A DNA stretch of 64,000 nucleotides from Folioceros fuciformis (GCA_049999805.1 JBNGIO010006255.1:341821-405820), one strand, 5' to 3'. Shown: positions 1-15,600, numbered from the stretch's first letter. Numbers and translations: made by a program. Notes: generated from the sequence alone by a model not told the origin.

Positions 1-304
1 CCTCTGAGTGGTGGCGCTATCGGCGTCCGCGAGGCGGGAGCCCTGTACGCGGTTCTTGTGAATGTCATCGCTCTTGGACTGTCGTTGCTGCTCGTCTGAA
101 TTCAGCACCTCCGACCTGCAGCTCGTAGCTCGTCTACGCCCCGTTCTATGACCAGCTCTTCATTAAATTGCGCGGTGTTGCTGCTGAAGCTAGTTCGTTC
201 TGCTCAACAAGTTCCACGCTCCTTCCTGCGTATTCAGTGTTGCGGGTGATGCACATCGTCACATACCGCTTGTACCTTCCTTGATCTTCCCCAACGTCGT
301 CCAT
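1..304 (-). CDS. Possible 5' part of an unknown multi-exon gene running off the left edge
   Basis: ATG at 304 gives MDDVGEDQGRYKR. A GT donor near 266 and a TGCAG acceptor near 116 join it in phase to an open exon SEVLNSDEQQRQSKSDDIHKNR... No domain recognised. Confidence 0.3.
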
Positions 305-2318
305 ACATACTTAGCTTCCAGGAGAAGCTACTGCTTAGATAAGAAGAGCTTTGTGCCATTCGCGGGGGTGAGGATATGTAGATGCCTGCCATGTCCTGTG
401 GGTCATGTACTTCCCAATTCCTCATCACATACATATGTATGAACATGTGTGGTGCTCCAGTGCCGCACATTGTGCAGATTTCTTGTCGGTTGTACTGTCG
501 AAGAATGAACACCTGGAGCCCGTGCACAGAGCTCATGCTTTGCCTACAACGGGTAGGTACGATCAGCGAGGCCGAAGAGGCTTAGCCACGACCTACCCGA
601 CGGCTTGAATGATTCGTTGCATCAGCCCACCAGCACCTGTTCCCTGCACACACCGTACCAAGCCATGGCTATCTTATTTTCAAGTGTTGGCGGTTTCCTG
701 GAGACTGGATCACTTTAAATACATGCGGCAGACCAAGATGAGGATAACATATCTCCTCTGAAGTGAGGGAGATGAGGTGAGATCCAATAGAACGGCTGCC
801 ACTGTGGCAGGCTCTGCGATGTCAGTCTTCATCCTAAGCTACCACGACCTGGAGAGTCGACCAACTCTGGGTGGCATAGCAGTGCGAACACTTTTGTCAG
901 ACGTCTCGGATTACTTCACTTTGATCCAGCGACTTCTGCAGGGTCCTCAGACTCCTGGGCTCCGTACATGTACCTATTGTTGGGAAAATCAATTGTTTAT
1001 TCGATACTCCGGTTGCTCTGATTCAGTTAGCATGTCGGCGTGTCCTCTAAAGAAGAACATGCCATGTCGGCACCCACCTGCTGGACAGCTGTGAGAGAAG
1101 TGACTTTAGGTGGTTGTTACGCTACGAGACAGTTTTACACGGCAATTTCCATATACACAAAGGCCTGGAAACCTTCAAGAGCCACAATGTAATCCTGTTC
1201 ACCAAAGCGAGGTGTGGAGAAACGGGACTGTGAAACTCGCAGAACATCTGGTGATAGAAGCAAGTTTAGGCTCCGCCAGAAGACGTCTCTCCTGGATCGG
1301 ATTGCAACAATCTCTTAAGATATGCTCCCTTTTCGTTTCTCCTGTTTGTTGGAGACGGTGAGAACTTCTCCCACATGTGCTATACAGGAGTGCATTTGCA
1401 CTCCGACTAAACTGATCTACCTGCTTGGCATAATGGCACATACCAGCGTCAGAGTGAAGACTTGACATGAGAGATGTTGCTAAAGATAAATTGCTACAGA
1501 CAGACCAGGCTGCAAGCCACAGTGTATTATACTTGTTAGTGTGAAGACAAACATCTTGCTGAATGCCTCCAGGACAGAGAGAAAAGTTGCCTCATGGGCA
1601 ATCACTGTCTTCCAAAATGTGGGCAAGGAGCCGCACAGCCTTTTCTCCTTTACCCTGCTGGGGGATAAGCTTGCAATGGTGGCAGTTCCCCAAACCCATC
1701 AGGCACGCTGAGCCCAATGTGGCCAAACACCTGTACTTCTGCGTCCCTTGCTACTGTGTAACACAAGTGCTACTCACAAACACAGCCATTCGACACTCAT
1801 GTTTGCAGCTTCAGCATGTACTTCCTTTCCCCTTCGGAGTGACTGCTCTTTCACATCCTGTCCATCCACTTGTGCAACTTTCTCCTCTTCTGCCATCACA
1901 CAACAAGCTTCCACAGCACCATAATACAAGTGTCCGGCAACGTTTTCAGCCGGAGCCAAGGGGGTCTCCATTGCTGCCGTGTCTAGTTGTCAGCAAATAC
2001 GACAGCTTACGAGGAGCCAGAGTGGAGGGAAACGATGACGCAAGGCTGCTCCGTATCCTCTAGCTGTAACTTCCGCTTCGACTACTAGGATGCCGGGGCC
2101 CTGCTTTCTGTACACCTCCTAGACAGTTCGTAGCCCATGTCGAAACTTCCTTCCTTCAGACCAAGCGCCTGCTTCCACTGACAGGTGAGGCACGGCGGAG
2201 TCCCCTCCATACGCCGTGCGCTTCCACAAGGCTCGAAGTGAGTCCCATTCACATCCTTTGGATGCATACCTTCAGCACCTTCTGAAGCTGCAGGATTTGA
2301 GTTCCTCCCATCCAGACT

Positions 2319-3298
<980 letters not shown>

Positions 3299-5363
3299 GT
3301 GAACCTCAACTTGTGTGCTCAGTCTCTACTCTCCACCCATGTGGCGCCCCGCCATTGCCCGACCTTGCCCCGGTTCGACCTCACAACAGAGCCCTAAACA
3401 CGTGCGAGCATGCGGCAGGCTTCCATGGCACCACGCCCACATGCAGCAGCCAGCCTGATGCCCAACGCAGCCTCGAATTCTCCAGGACGGTTTTTTGGCA
3501 TCACAAGTCATTACCCGTGTTGTGAATAATATGAAATTGGAAGAGCCAACGAGGAAGAGTGCCGGTACTTTTCCCGTAGCCGGTGGCACGCCGGGCGAAT
3601 GGTAAGCATTTTGTGACAGCGTCGTGCGCATCGTGACCGGCGCTCGGACCTGCTCACCTGCTGCGTGTCACATGCCCGACTATTTTTAGACCCCCCCGCC
3701 TGCCACTCGGCGTCTCATAATAAAAACTTGTGGAAAACGCGTTACCAAAGTCCGGCCCGATCCTGCCCGTTCTGCCCAAGCCTACATGAAAATATTTGCT
3801 CACAACATGGGTTTATTTCAATAAAAACATTTTCTGTCCTCCTATAAGGTTTGTGCATATATATAAACTAGTCTCTCAAAAGTCGGATGTGTGTTTTTTT
3901 TTCTTTTAGAGTAAACCTATATATGATACTGTTTATCTAAACATATGTAAATATATCCTGGTGTAAAAATCTTTTGGTCATTCCTAATCATGACTTTTTT
4001 TTTGGGGCGAGGGGTAGTTATGAAAGTGGTTTTATCCGTCCTTGGATTTTGTCCTCTTCATGTTTGGAGTAGACGAGATTTCCATCTCTTCTTTTGATAA
4101 AATGTTCAGCACAAAAGATTATAGTTGTTCATATAGATGACCTTGTTACTTTTTGACTAGCTTTAAATTTGGTTAGAAACATGAGTTCACCCATTCAATG
4201 CTTTTGAAACAAAGGATGTAAGGAATCTAAATGTACTTCCAAGCTTTGAGAATGGTGGGGAATAGACTTCCACACTTTGAGAATGATGCTAGAGTTTTGT
4301 GTTTAGAAAGCTTGAACTGCATAGAATATGTTGAAGAATGGGAGCATAAGAGAGGAGGAAGAAGAATAATCTTAAGGTGTGAGATGTGTTGGAGTCTTGG
4401 GTGGCGGGATAAGGCCTAGGTTGTGGATGGGCTGGCTTGGTGTTGTTGTAGAGTGAAAAAATTGAAGTAGTTCTATATTGAGTTGCTTCAAAGTAAGCAC
4501 TCTATAAGTAGTTCTAAACAAAGTTTCGACATAACCCCTAACAGCATGCAGTTTTTTTTTAGGGAGAAAAAAAATTAAATCCTATTTATAAGTAGGTTTA
4601 AAAAAATTGGTAAAAAAGAAAAAAAATCCCATTGAGGGAATTATGAGTGAGAAAAATGTTAAGTTTGAAAAAAAGTCCTAATTACCATTCAGGGAGGGCT
4701 TCCATTTAGACAATTTTTTAATGGATAGAAATTATTTGGGAGTACGTCCGGTGTCTGATTTAGGGAGGGTTCCATTTTGTAAGATCTTATCAGACAGTAG
4801 AATAAGCAGGAGGGGAAGAAACGCATAAATGGCGGGGCTCTGGCCAGATGGTATGAACCTCTCTACCTCCTCTTGGCCTTTGACGCCAACACTCACCAGG
4901 CACACGCAGGCATAGGCACAGGCGCAGGCACAGGCGACTGCCCATCTTTCATCTTCCTCTTCTTCTTCTTCTTCCTGCTTGGTCCCTTCACTTTCCCTTC
5001 CCTTCCGCTTACCTTCCCGTACCGTCTCGTCTCGTCTCATCCCGTCCGGGCCCGGCCCGGCCCTGTCGTCTCGAACGCTCTGCTGCGCGGGGCCTGCTGG
5101 GTCGAAGAAATTTCTGTGGAGTGGTCTGTATGTGTCTCAATTCTCCCGGCCTGGAAGGTATTTCTTGTGCAGGGACGGGCGCAATGTGCGTGTAGCCAAG
5201 GGGCGGAATTGGAGGCAGGGCGCGGATCCACCGCATTACTGCTCGGGGGCTCCGATCTGTGTGCGGCCCAGGTGGCTGGGGAGGGACGAGTGGGACGGTG
5301 TGAGGACTTGGGTGGAGGCGCCGGATCTGGGGCGGGGCGAGGGGGCTTGGAAGGATCGCAGCC

Positions 5364-7288
5364 ATGCTGGCCCCAGTGGGGAGCGCGTCGTCGTGTGGGA
5401 GAGCTCAGGTGCTGGGCGGAGGACGGGTGTCCAGTGTGGTGATAGATGCGCAGGTCTTCGACAGGCACCACCATGTGATGGAGAGAGCCTTGTCGCCCAC
5501 GGGGCTGTTCCGGCCCGCAGGGTTTGGGAAGTGCGCGGCGGATTACGTTTGGAATGTCTTCTGCGACGCCTTGGGGCAGAGGAAGCCGTCGAGCAGCTGT
5601 AAGAGCAGGGCGCAGAGCTCGTCGATGGCGGGGGATGAGGAGAGGTTTCTGTTGCAGGGTACGGGGATGGCGTCCGCCAGGCTGGAGCCCAAGAAGGTGG
5701 ATGTAGGGCTGGGAATCAGGAGCGAAGCGGGAAATTTCGGGGCCGGCGGTGGCCGTCACACTCCCCTCGGGCCCAGGGTCTGGGCCCAGCAGCAACAGAG
5801 GAAGATTGCCAAGTTGAAGAAACTGAGGATGGATCTTGAGCCTCCCTCCACGCCCAGCATTGTGGTGGAGGGGGAGAAGATAGCTATGGAGTCCAGATTG
5901 TGGGCCAGCGCCGAGTCTCAGTTGGAGGCCGAGAGCGTCAATGTGTCCAATCAGTCGTCTTTGCCAGGTCTGCTTGCTCTTCGCCACCCCTTTCCACTTC
6001 TGGCCCCCTCTTGGCGGCGGACTCCAAGGTGCTGATGGGCTCTCTTCTCTTCTCCTCTCCTCTCGTCTCCTCTCCTCTCGTTGCATCTTGCAGGGATCAT
6101 TTTCCCACCTCTCAGCACCGTGGGCAAGTCCACCAACATCGTGTGGCACGAGTGTATGGTGAAGCGCGAGGAAAGAGAGGCCATGCTTGGTCAGCGGGGC
6201 TGTGTGATCTGGATGACGGGGCTCAGTGGGTCAGGTATGCTGGCATCCCTCGTCGAATGCATCCCTTTTACCTCTTGTTTGAATGAGACCAGTGCTATAC
6301 AATGCTGCATCTTATCCGGATATGACACCTGACGGTGGATCTTGTCCTGCCCTGGGGCTCAGGTAAGAGCACACTGGCGTGCACTTTAGATCATGCCCTG
6401 TTGCAGCGAGGGAAGCTATGCTACGTCTTGGATGGGGACAACATGCGACATGGCCTGAACAAGAATCTGGGTTTCAGTGCTGAAGACAGATCGGAAAACA
6501 TCCGTCGGGTTGGTAAGATGCCTGACAACGATCCACCCATTCTCCATTCTGCTCCCCACAACTCGGCTTAAGACTGCCCTGGAAGCACCACACTTGATGG
6601 ATTGACGCAGACGTATTTGACTTGTTCTCATGGCTCTGTACTCTTGTAGGTGAGGTTGCCAAACTTTTTGCAGATGCTGGAATTATCTGTATAGCAAGTT
6701 TCATATCTCCATACAAGAAAGACCGTGAAGCGTGCAGGGAGCTTGTATCGCCTGGGGATTTTATAGAGGTACAATCTGCCTTCCATGCATCTGGGGCCAA
6801 TGATAGCTCCTCTTATCAACCGCGTCAGCAGCGGTTCACGGTGAAGTGTATCTGGACGTTTTTTCGCAGGTCTTCATGAACTTTCCTTTGACCGTTTGCG
6901 AGCAGAGGGACCCCAAGGGGCTGTACAAGCTAGCCCGCGCCGGCAAGATTAAATGTAAGGGCTAATATTAGCACATGAGCTTCCTCTGACCGAGAGTCTC
7001 TTGAACCCGAAGAGTGCTAATCCTTCATTTTCATAAACAGGTTTTACAGGAATCGACGATCCTTACGAGGAACCTGTGCACTCTGAGGTAAGACAATTGG
7101 ATGCGTAAGCTTGGATTGGAAGCAGGAAGCACTTTAAACGTGCGATGGGAGATTGTAACTGGTGATGCATGGGAAAACAGATCGTGATGGAGCCCGTGGA
7201 TGGTGTATGTCCTACTCCTGAAGTCATGGCTGCCAAGATCATCTCTTACCTAGAGGGAAGGGGAATATTGCAGTCTCGCAGCGTGTGA
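5364..7288 (+). CDS. APK: Adenylyl-sulfate (APS) kinase with long N-terminal extension; start codon uncertain (5364, 5478 or 5626)
   Basis: Exons give [24 protein letters not shown] (P-loop), [60 protein letters not shown]; stop TGA 7286-7288. Both Cys of the plant APK regulatory disulfide motifs (WHEC, STLAC) are present. Confidence 0.92.
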
Positions 7289-9928
7289 AGCTGACGCTGA
7301 AGTCTAACATCGGGAGTGGATTAGTTTGATAGTGGCCACGTCTGCAAGGAGTTTGGGAAAGGAGATGGAGACAGATCTGCTGCTGGCAGCTTCACAGCGC
7401 TGGCCGGATGGCCTGAGGAAGAAGATGTACATAGGTGGGAGGTGAAAAAAATAATTTAATGCGGCCATGCAATTGGATGCAATTGGGCGCCCAATTCTTT
7501 TGTTCGAAGATTTCCCTGAAATCTTGAGGCAATAAATCAATGTTTGAAGGACCCCACCGGTGGTCAATGCTCTGTGAAACGTTTGTTGTGTGGATGCCAC
7601 GTACCTCGAAAGCCATCGATGGAGAGGGCGGCGAAGGTGCACGCCACATATCTAGTGACAGAGGTTCTGTAGTTGGAACACTACATCATTGCAACTCCCA
7701 GCGTGATGACAAGGCCAGCAGGCCAAAAGAAACGAAACCCTGAAACGAAACACAGAGGCACAAGACAGAAACCCCCTCCCTACCAAGTCACCTCCTGCAC
7801 GCATGCGAGGGGAGGAAGCAGAATGGAAGAGGCAAGTTTCACAGCCCTCAGCCCAACGTAGACATCGTTCATGAAACCCTCGACAACCGCACGCACGACA
7901 TAACCGGCAACGAACAAGAGGCATGGTGCATCAGAGAGATTCCCATAGAATACGTCATCAGAGCCCCAAAAGGCAATAAGATGTCCCTATTCTTGCTTCG
8001 CATCACTTGCACAACCCCTGTGCCCGCACGTACGCTGTTTCAGCAACGCAAACCCAAGCCACACCAAGAAGCCAGCGACATCCCTCACCCGACCAATACC
8101 AGACAGCACCATTCCGTCGAGCGACATCCCGCCACAGAAGGAAGCCGGCGAGCACCTCGCTAGACCGACACGCTACAACCTAGAGCGGACACCAAACCAA
8201 TGAAGCAGGCATCCTACACCAGTGAAGGAAAGCCGGCCTTCACGACACAGGCGAGGGGATAGCCGGCGGTAGTGCAAGAGAGAAAAGAAGCGTGACGAGG
8301 CACACGTATGTATTGCTGTGAGGGAGGAAGGGCACGAAGCCCTAGTTTTGTAGAATGGAGGTTCAATTTTAGGGTTTCCGGCCGTAAAGTGAAATATGTA
8401 TGTACAGTGTGCAGTTAGTTCTTGTTTCACACGGCGCAAAGAGACGCGTTGTCAGGAATTTAATATTAGTAATTGAGCTGCTACTTACCTTACCAGTGAA
8501 CGTAATTTGTTGGGTACCACGGTTTTGTGGACCCAGGAAACAGCGATGCTGCCAACCGAAAAAATAAACTCTCCGTGGTTGTTCAAAAAGACCCTTTCCC
8601 TGGCACAGAGAGAATCAAGTGAGGGAATCCCCAATTACACTACCTCAGAAAGGAGAAGGGGGAATCGTTGTGCAACAATCTAGGGGGGCCTGGAATCCTG
8701 GCCAGGAATTCACAGATGCCAACAAGGAGCGACTAACTCTGCTTTCAGACATTCTCAGGCTAGCTAGCCTTTGACTTGTACATCCCGATGACACAGACGA
8801 GGAAGCCGATTGTGTTGTGATTGGGATGAAGTCTCTAGTCCTCAGAGGTGGGATATGCTGTAGGATCAGGAAAGTTGGTACAATCAACTGTTCCAGCTCA
8901 CGGTGCCCGATTCATTCCGGCTTCGTACCAGCAGCAGATTAGTTAAAATCTGCATCCCCCCAGCTAGATGTAACTGCAAGTTGGGTGCGGCGACGGGGTG
9001 CCAACTGCCCGAGTTAGCGGCAGCAACATGGATTGCCTGATGGCAAAAGCTATGTCCCGATGGACAGACTTTCCGTGAGGTTGAACCAATCACTCGGATT
9101 CGATGCATTGACAGGCCCTAGGCGCCCAGTAGGCCAGCAAATGTGGGTGGGGGTGGTTCACAAAAATGGCAGCAACGAAGTGGTGGGAATTGGGATCAAC
9201 ACCCCACTCCACTGCACTCCACCGTGGAGCCCAGACGCCCAGGTGGCCGCAAAATCTGCAGTTGGAGGACCGGTGTCGGTCCACACGTATGGGCTGTTAG
9301 TTGAGAAGTGTGGATCGTCTCAACTACCGGAGAGACGAAATTTCGGGGCACCTGGCCTGGGGAGTGGGAGTTATGGGCAGACGGAGACGAGGACTTGAGG
9401 ATGCAAAGACATGTGAATGCTGCCGGCCGAGCGGGCGGGCGGGCACGCGGGGTGGAGTGTGAAACTGGGTGAAGCTTTGCTGTGTGTGCTTTGCCTTCGA
9501 TGGGGCAACGACGTGGCAGGATCGAAATCCAGTGTGTCATGGGTTGCTGGGAAGATGGCCAAATTGTGGAGCGCAGTGGCCTGCCTGCCCTGCGCTGCGC
9601 TGCTCGCTGCTAAATCTACGTGCCGTTGGCAGAAGAAAACAACAAAGGATTTTCCTTGAACGCCGGTACCCATGTCTGGCAGGACGGACACGGAAATCAA
9701 GCCCAGCTTTTGCGCAACACAGATATCACGCACGCCTTACAGGCCCGGCATACGTGAGCAACGGTAATGAAATAGTGACAAGGAGGAGTTTTTTAATGGC
9801 CAGGGTGACGAGCTCTGCAAATGGAGATTCCACAACGGGGAATTGGAGATTCCAGGGCCTACAAAACAGCGTTAGAGGGCAGGAGGGAGGGATGTGGAAT
9901 CGGATGAATCCCGGGTGCATCCATGGGA

Positions 9929-9930
<2 letters not shown>

Positions 9931-9960
<30 letters not shown>

Positions 9961-9977
9961 CCCGTCCCCGTCCCCGT
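9931..9977. repeat. Hexamer microsatellite (CGCGTC)n/(CCCGTC)n
   Basis: About 8 tandem units seen directly. Confidence 0.9.
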
Positions 9978-10085
9978 TCCGATCGCGGAGACAAGATAGA
10001 TATTTTCTGTGGCCTCCCTCGGGCTCGACCGAGGCCTCAGGCTAGCAGCGTCGAGTTTGCTCACCACGGCCGGGGCCTCGTCCAC

Positions 10086-10119
10086 GGCCCCGGCCCCGGC
10101 CCCGGCCCCGGCCCCGGCC
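10086..10119. repeat. Hexamer microsatellite (GGCCCC)n
   Basis: 5-6 tandem units seen directly. Confidence 0.9.
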
Positions 10120-10858
10120 CACGGCCCACGCTACAGAGCAGAGCAGACAGGACACGACAACTCCAACCGTTTGAATTTGCCCTTCGCGAACAGCACCAAT
10201 GCGTGGTGGGATGTGCGGGAGAGCGGGCCAATCAGGCTCTTTCTTGCTGTCAGGAGTTCACAGACTACCTACCGCGGCAGGGAAGTTTAGTGCACGGTGA
10301 GATGGAATCATCTCGGTGTGATGGAATCATCTAGGTTAGGGCTGGAAGGCTTTGCTTTCCAAGGCAGGCAGGTATGTGTTTAATGTTAAGGTGATTGGAG
10401 CACGCTGAGAGGCACCCACACCCACACACACGCTGGCCTACCAGCGGCTACCCGCTGAGGGGCCCAGAAGATTCAGTCCACTGTGGGGAACACAAGCTGT
10501 CCTGCTGAGGCAGGCAAGGCAGCCCTGGGAAGCGTGGGTTCTGTGACGGCCGGGCCTGCCTCACTCCTCTTGCTTTCCTTTCCGGGTCCCCCGTTTTCTC
10601 GAATCCCTCCACTTCCCCTTAAGCTTCTCGCTTGCTTTTGTACTGCGCCCAGGACACACATGTATTTTTCCCTTCCCCACGCCGTGCCTCTGCTGCCGCC
10701 TCTGCTCCTGCCCCTGCCCCTGCCTTTCCCTCTCCCTCTCCCTCTCCCGCCCATACCTCCATCTCTCTCATGCCAGCTGCAGCCGGGCCAGGGACCCGGC
10801 GTGGATGTCGCTCATGGCCGCTGGGAGCAGGAAAGGGACCGCTCCAGAGCCGGCCGTT

Positions 10859-10866
10859 TATAAAAG
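10859..10866 (+). promoter_or_regulatory. TATA box, candidate PHO1 core promoter ahead of a long leader
   Basis: TATAAAAG in GC-rich context after a pyrimidine tract; next + strand gene is PHO1 at 12650. Confidence 0.45.
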
Positions 10867-12563
10867 CCCTCGCTGCTCTTGCTGCTCTGCCATTGCCGGC
10901 CAGCGGGCACGAAATTCGGCAATCGCAGCTCCGGAGCGTACGCCCAATGCTGCTCTGCAGGTAGCGCTTTCTTTCATGCTGGGGCGGTGTATCTTGTACC
11001 TTTAGCTGGAAAGCGAGCAGCGACCAGCGACCAGAGTGCTGTGGCAGCCAGACCTCTGTGCTGTGCTGTGCGCTGCGCTGTGCTCAGTGCCGTGCAGTGG
11101 TGTGCTGCCTGTCTTGTGTGTGTGGTGCTGTCTTTCTCTCTTCCGCTTCTCCTCTGGGAACGAGTTGCTGCTCTGCTGCTGCAACAAGGAATGCCCGCCG
11201 GTAGGCTGGAGGCTGGAGGCTGGAGTCTGGAGTCTAGAGTCTTTGAGTTTGTCTTTCCTTCTGCAAGTCTATCTGTCCTGCAGCAGCCAGTGAGCGCTAA
11301 CTTGTAGCCAATTTGACGACTGGGAGTGTGTTCCTGCGGCCTGGGCCGGCGGCCGCACGGCTTCTGGAAAGTTCCGCATCCACATGCAGGTTGCATTGAA
11401 AACAAGTCTGGCTGCCCTGAGGACTGTGTAGTCCTCTGTTTCATTGATCAGCGTCGCCCTAGGCGGGCACGAGCTGCATTGCCCGCATGTGCGAGCCGGG
11501 CTTAGTCTCCGGGACCTTTCTCGATCAGCGTATGCAAATCGATTATCGTTTTGAAGAACTCCCTGGTTTTGGCGGGCTCCCCTCTGCCCGTGGACTTGCA
11601 AGCGTTTGAACAATCCTGAGCCACAGAATGCTGTGCTCGGTCGCAGTCTCAGATTCTTCATGCTTTGTGGGATTGCCATCCTCAAAATCGTGGGTGACAC
11701 CTGAATTGGGTCAATGACCGGCAAAGTGTTTGGGGATGTCGGGCGTATTTGAGTTCAAGTGCGCATGTGATGTAAGGGTCCGGTCCGGAAGCTAGAATGC
11801 TGAAATATCTGGGCTTGAGTTGGAGAGAGGAGATGACGCAGGAGTTGTGGCGCCGCTTGATTGCCCTCCTGAATTTTGGATGCAGGAAATCTGTGGGCTC
11901 CCGATGTCGTCCACGTATGCTCGGTTTCCGGCTGTGCAGGTGAGGGGCAGACCGCTGAGAGCAAGGCCGGGAGCTCGACTGGGAGCTTTGAAGCAGCGCA
12001 TCTGTTTAATCTCATCATCTCTTAGTACTGGGTTAGCCACGAGAAGCTTTTGGGAGACATCACTTGCAATTGGGAGAAAGGTGCAGCTTCAGAGCTGATT
12101 CGCCAGCCCTGTGGAACTGCTGCTGAGTGACAAAAGGAAACCAATTTTGCTGGCGCTACCGCACCGAAGATGGAATGATTGCCTGCGGGCCGGTGGTTGG
12201 AAGCTGACAAGAGAATCGTTCGTTTCCCGGCTCCGCGAAAGAATGATGTAAAAGATGGGCAGCCTGCAAACCACTCCCAGATATCCATCAATTTCCAACC
12301 CTCTGTGACTCTCTGGACCAGGCGGCGAAGAGAAATTTGTCAGGTCCTGGAGCACCTGCAGGGCCGGCGCCTCTGCTTCTGCTTCAGACTGCTTCGGCTG
12401 CAGCTTTGTACTAAAAGACGAGAGATAGACATGGTAATACAGCACTGACACCTCCAGTGGAAAAGCTGTCATGCCGTGTCCGGTTCCGTTTGATCATCAC
12501 AAGCCAGGGGCCTGCAGCGAGACTCAGTGTGGAAGATCATATTAAACTCGTTCATCAAGCTGA

Positions 12564-12656
12564 ATGCTAGCACGCATTACATGCCAAGCTGGTGCTGATC
12601 AGCACCTTGGCAGGGCCCCATCCGTCAACACACCAGCGCGTGGCACACGATGGTGA
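12564..12656 (+). promoter_or_regulatory. 30-codon uORF overlapping the PHO1 start codon
   Basis: ATG 12564 is open (MLARITCQAG...GTRW) to TGA 12654-12656 inside cgATGGTGA. Confidence 0.6.
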
Positions 12657-15600
12657 AGTTCAAAAAACAGCTGGCTCAGCAGCTTGTGCCGGAATGGACC
12701 GACGCCTACTGCAATTACAAGGTCCTCAAGCAGCAGATCAAGAGGATAAAGCAGCACCATCACCAGGGCATCAAGACCTCCGTGGTGGGCATAGCAGCTC
12801 TAGATCTGCGCTTGACCCTGGAGCCCCATTGTGGCAGTGGCGACGTCGAGGCCGGAAACACCAATTCCGCCACCGATCTGCCCCAGCAGCAGCACCAGGT
12901 TGTCATGAGGATTTTTGAAAGCCCCTTGGCAGCATTCACGGGGTTGGCTCGTCGCACCACTCACACGTTCAAGCCTTCGGCCTCCATCCCTTCCATCAAG
13001 GTTCGCGCTTAGTGATCCTTCTTGGATCGAATTTAAGATTTGTCTTAGAGCTTCAGAATTTGAAGAATTCCAGGGCTCATCCTCGTCCGTGATCAATGCG
13101 ATGTGGCAGGTACATCAGCGGCAGTCAGACGCACACGGTGGAGAGTACTACGAGACGGAAATCCTGGAGCCCTGCATTGCATCTGCGGAGCACGAGAGAA
13201 TTTTCTTCCAAAAGCTGGATGAACAGTTCAACATCGTCGACGGCTTCTACAGGAGGAAGGAGGGAGAGTTCATTATCAGGGCTCACCAATTGGAAACCCA
13301 GATGAAGACTCTGCTTGAAATGCAAAGGGCTCTGGCTCGTCGTCCGATTCGAGTTTCTCATCTGGACTCCCCTTCCGACAGTGACGGAAGCTCTGATGAT
13401 TCCGACCCCGACCTCCAAATTGTGGCATCAGCAGGTGACTACAGCCGCAAAATATCCACTACTGCTGCTACTTGAGTTTGCGCACAACAGCGCCTTTGCT
13501 TAGGAGGAGCTGGCTAACGCAGTTGGCATTTCAGGCAATTTAGGCAGCTACCCAGCAGAAGAGGCCAAGATCGTGAGCATAGCTGAGAAGAGCTTATTAG
13601 AGTATTTCTCATTCAACGTCGTGGATGTTAGCAACCGTGAGCTGCAGTCCAACCTAGGAGGCCAGGCTGCTCTGACGTTGCAGGCAAACACGCAATATGA
13701 TCTTCACCTGAACGATCATGTATGTTACACGGTAGGCGATGACAAAATGGAGTGCACATACCAGCACTGCAGCTTTGCAGCGTCCAAGGTTCAACTCACC
13801 TCGTCCCTTCCCCCCACCAGCCACATGGTAGTCCACATTCCTCTCCCAGGCCAGTCGCTTGAAGCGATTTCAGCCCTTTCTAGGATGCTGTGGGAGGAAA
13901 TGGCCGGCACCACAAAGAAGCTACAAGCACTGGAGGAAAAGGGTGGATACTCGCAAGAGGGCAAGCAAGAGTTTCACAGAACGATGAGCAAGAAAAAGGT
14001 TCAAGGTGCAGAGAAAATGCTACGGGCAGCATTCACAGAGTTCTACCGTGGGTTGACCTTGCTGGCCAGCTTTAGGTGCGTCCCTCTCTCGCTCTCAGCA
14101 CAATGCATTCGGGCTGGCCACGGACGCCAACTGACATATGCTTCGTCTGCTGGAACAGCTCTCTCAACAGGCAAGCCTTCGAGAAAATCCTCAAGAAGTA
14201 TGACAAGGTGAGGGAGGCAATCGCCCACAATTTGGAGTCGTACTCTAACTCAGCGATCGTGACTAATCGTGTGCAATCGTCGGCACCCAGGTGACAGGAC
14301 GACATACTTCAGACACGTACTTGAGGGCAATCGAAACTTCATACTTCGCCGGCTCTGACAAGGTACGATCATTCATGGACAATCGCTTGAATGTTCATTC
14401 AATTTCCATGCAGTTAGCGAGGCTGTTCCCGCGCCATAGGAGGCGACGGAACTTTCAGGCTGAAGGATTCGACATGTCGAGATTCATACAAAATCTGGCT
14501 CCTGTAATGGCGCTCAGGTGGTCAAGCTCATGGAAAGGGTGGAAGCCATCTTCACGGAGCACTTCACCAAAAAGAACCAGCGTCAAGCCATGGCGTATCT
14601 CAAGCCAACCAAGCAAAAAGCTTCACATAGCATAACCTTTCTGTCAGGCAAGTACACATCTCAAATTTTGGCCTCCGATGTACAACCCACATGTGTTCGA
14701 AATAGCACACAGGCGGGTCATCTGATGGTTTTCGTCGGTCTACAGGGATCTTCTCCGGCTGCTCCCTGGCCCTGTTTCTGGTGTACCTTGTGTTGCGGAA
14801 AGGGTATCATTTCAAGGACGACCAAGCCGTGTTTCCAATCTTCAGGTTTGTCTGCCAAAGCTACTACTCTCGATATTGCAGGATAGTGGGGAACAGCACA
14901 GAGCAGAACAAACGACTACATGCTGATTCTTTCGTCCTTCTTACTCTACAGCATCCTGGCGTTGATCCTATTGCACCTGTACCTGTATTGCTGCAATGTA
15001 TATCTCTGGCAAAGAGTCCGCATCAACTACGCGTTCATCTTTCAGTTTGCACCTGGCACGGAGCTGCGGTCTCGTGAAGTGTTACTGCTGAGCACAGTTC
15101 TCACGACAGTTTTGACTCTTGGCATGCTTTCCCATCTTCTTATAATGAACTCGGGGAACGAGGCGTTGGGTATCAAGAGTGTGAACATCCCACCACTGGT
15201 GACTATGGTAAGTTAGCTGTTTGACCGTTGTCCAGTCACTGCGAGGCTGTCTTGGTTCTTGCGCAGATGATCTTGTGCCCACGAATGTTGTGATCACGTG
15301 TGTGCTGTGTTGTGCACCACAGGTATTTCTGATGATTTTGTTCCTCCCTTTGAATCTCTTCTACAAGTCTTCGAGAATCGTCTTTCTCAAAAGCATGATG
15401 AAAGTCATCCTTGCTCCATTCTACAAGGTAGTGCAATTCAACCACCCCAGGCCTCCAAAGTTGGTCAGTCATCGATCGCTGCTCGCAGTGACACCTCACC
15501 CTTTTGCTCTTACATGGCAGGTCGTCCTGGTTGATTTCTTCCTAGCGGATCAGATCACAAGCCAGGTCAGATGCTTGGTTACCTTCGTGACTCCACCCCA

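Noticed and set aside
5037-6149. 370-aa - strand ORF
   Set aside because: Antisense to the GC-rich first exon and leader of APK; low complexity
9726-10863. PR/GT/AP/PL dipeptide-repeat ORFs
   Set aside because: Produced by hexamer microsatellites and pyrimidine tracts in non-coding DNA
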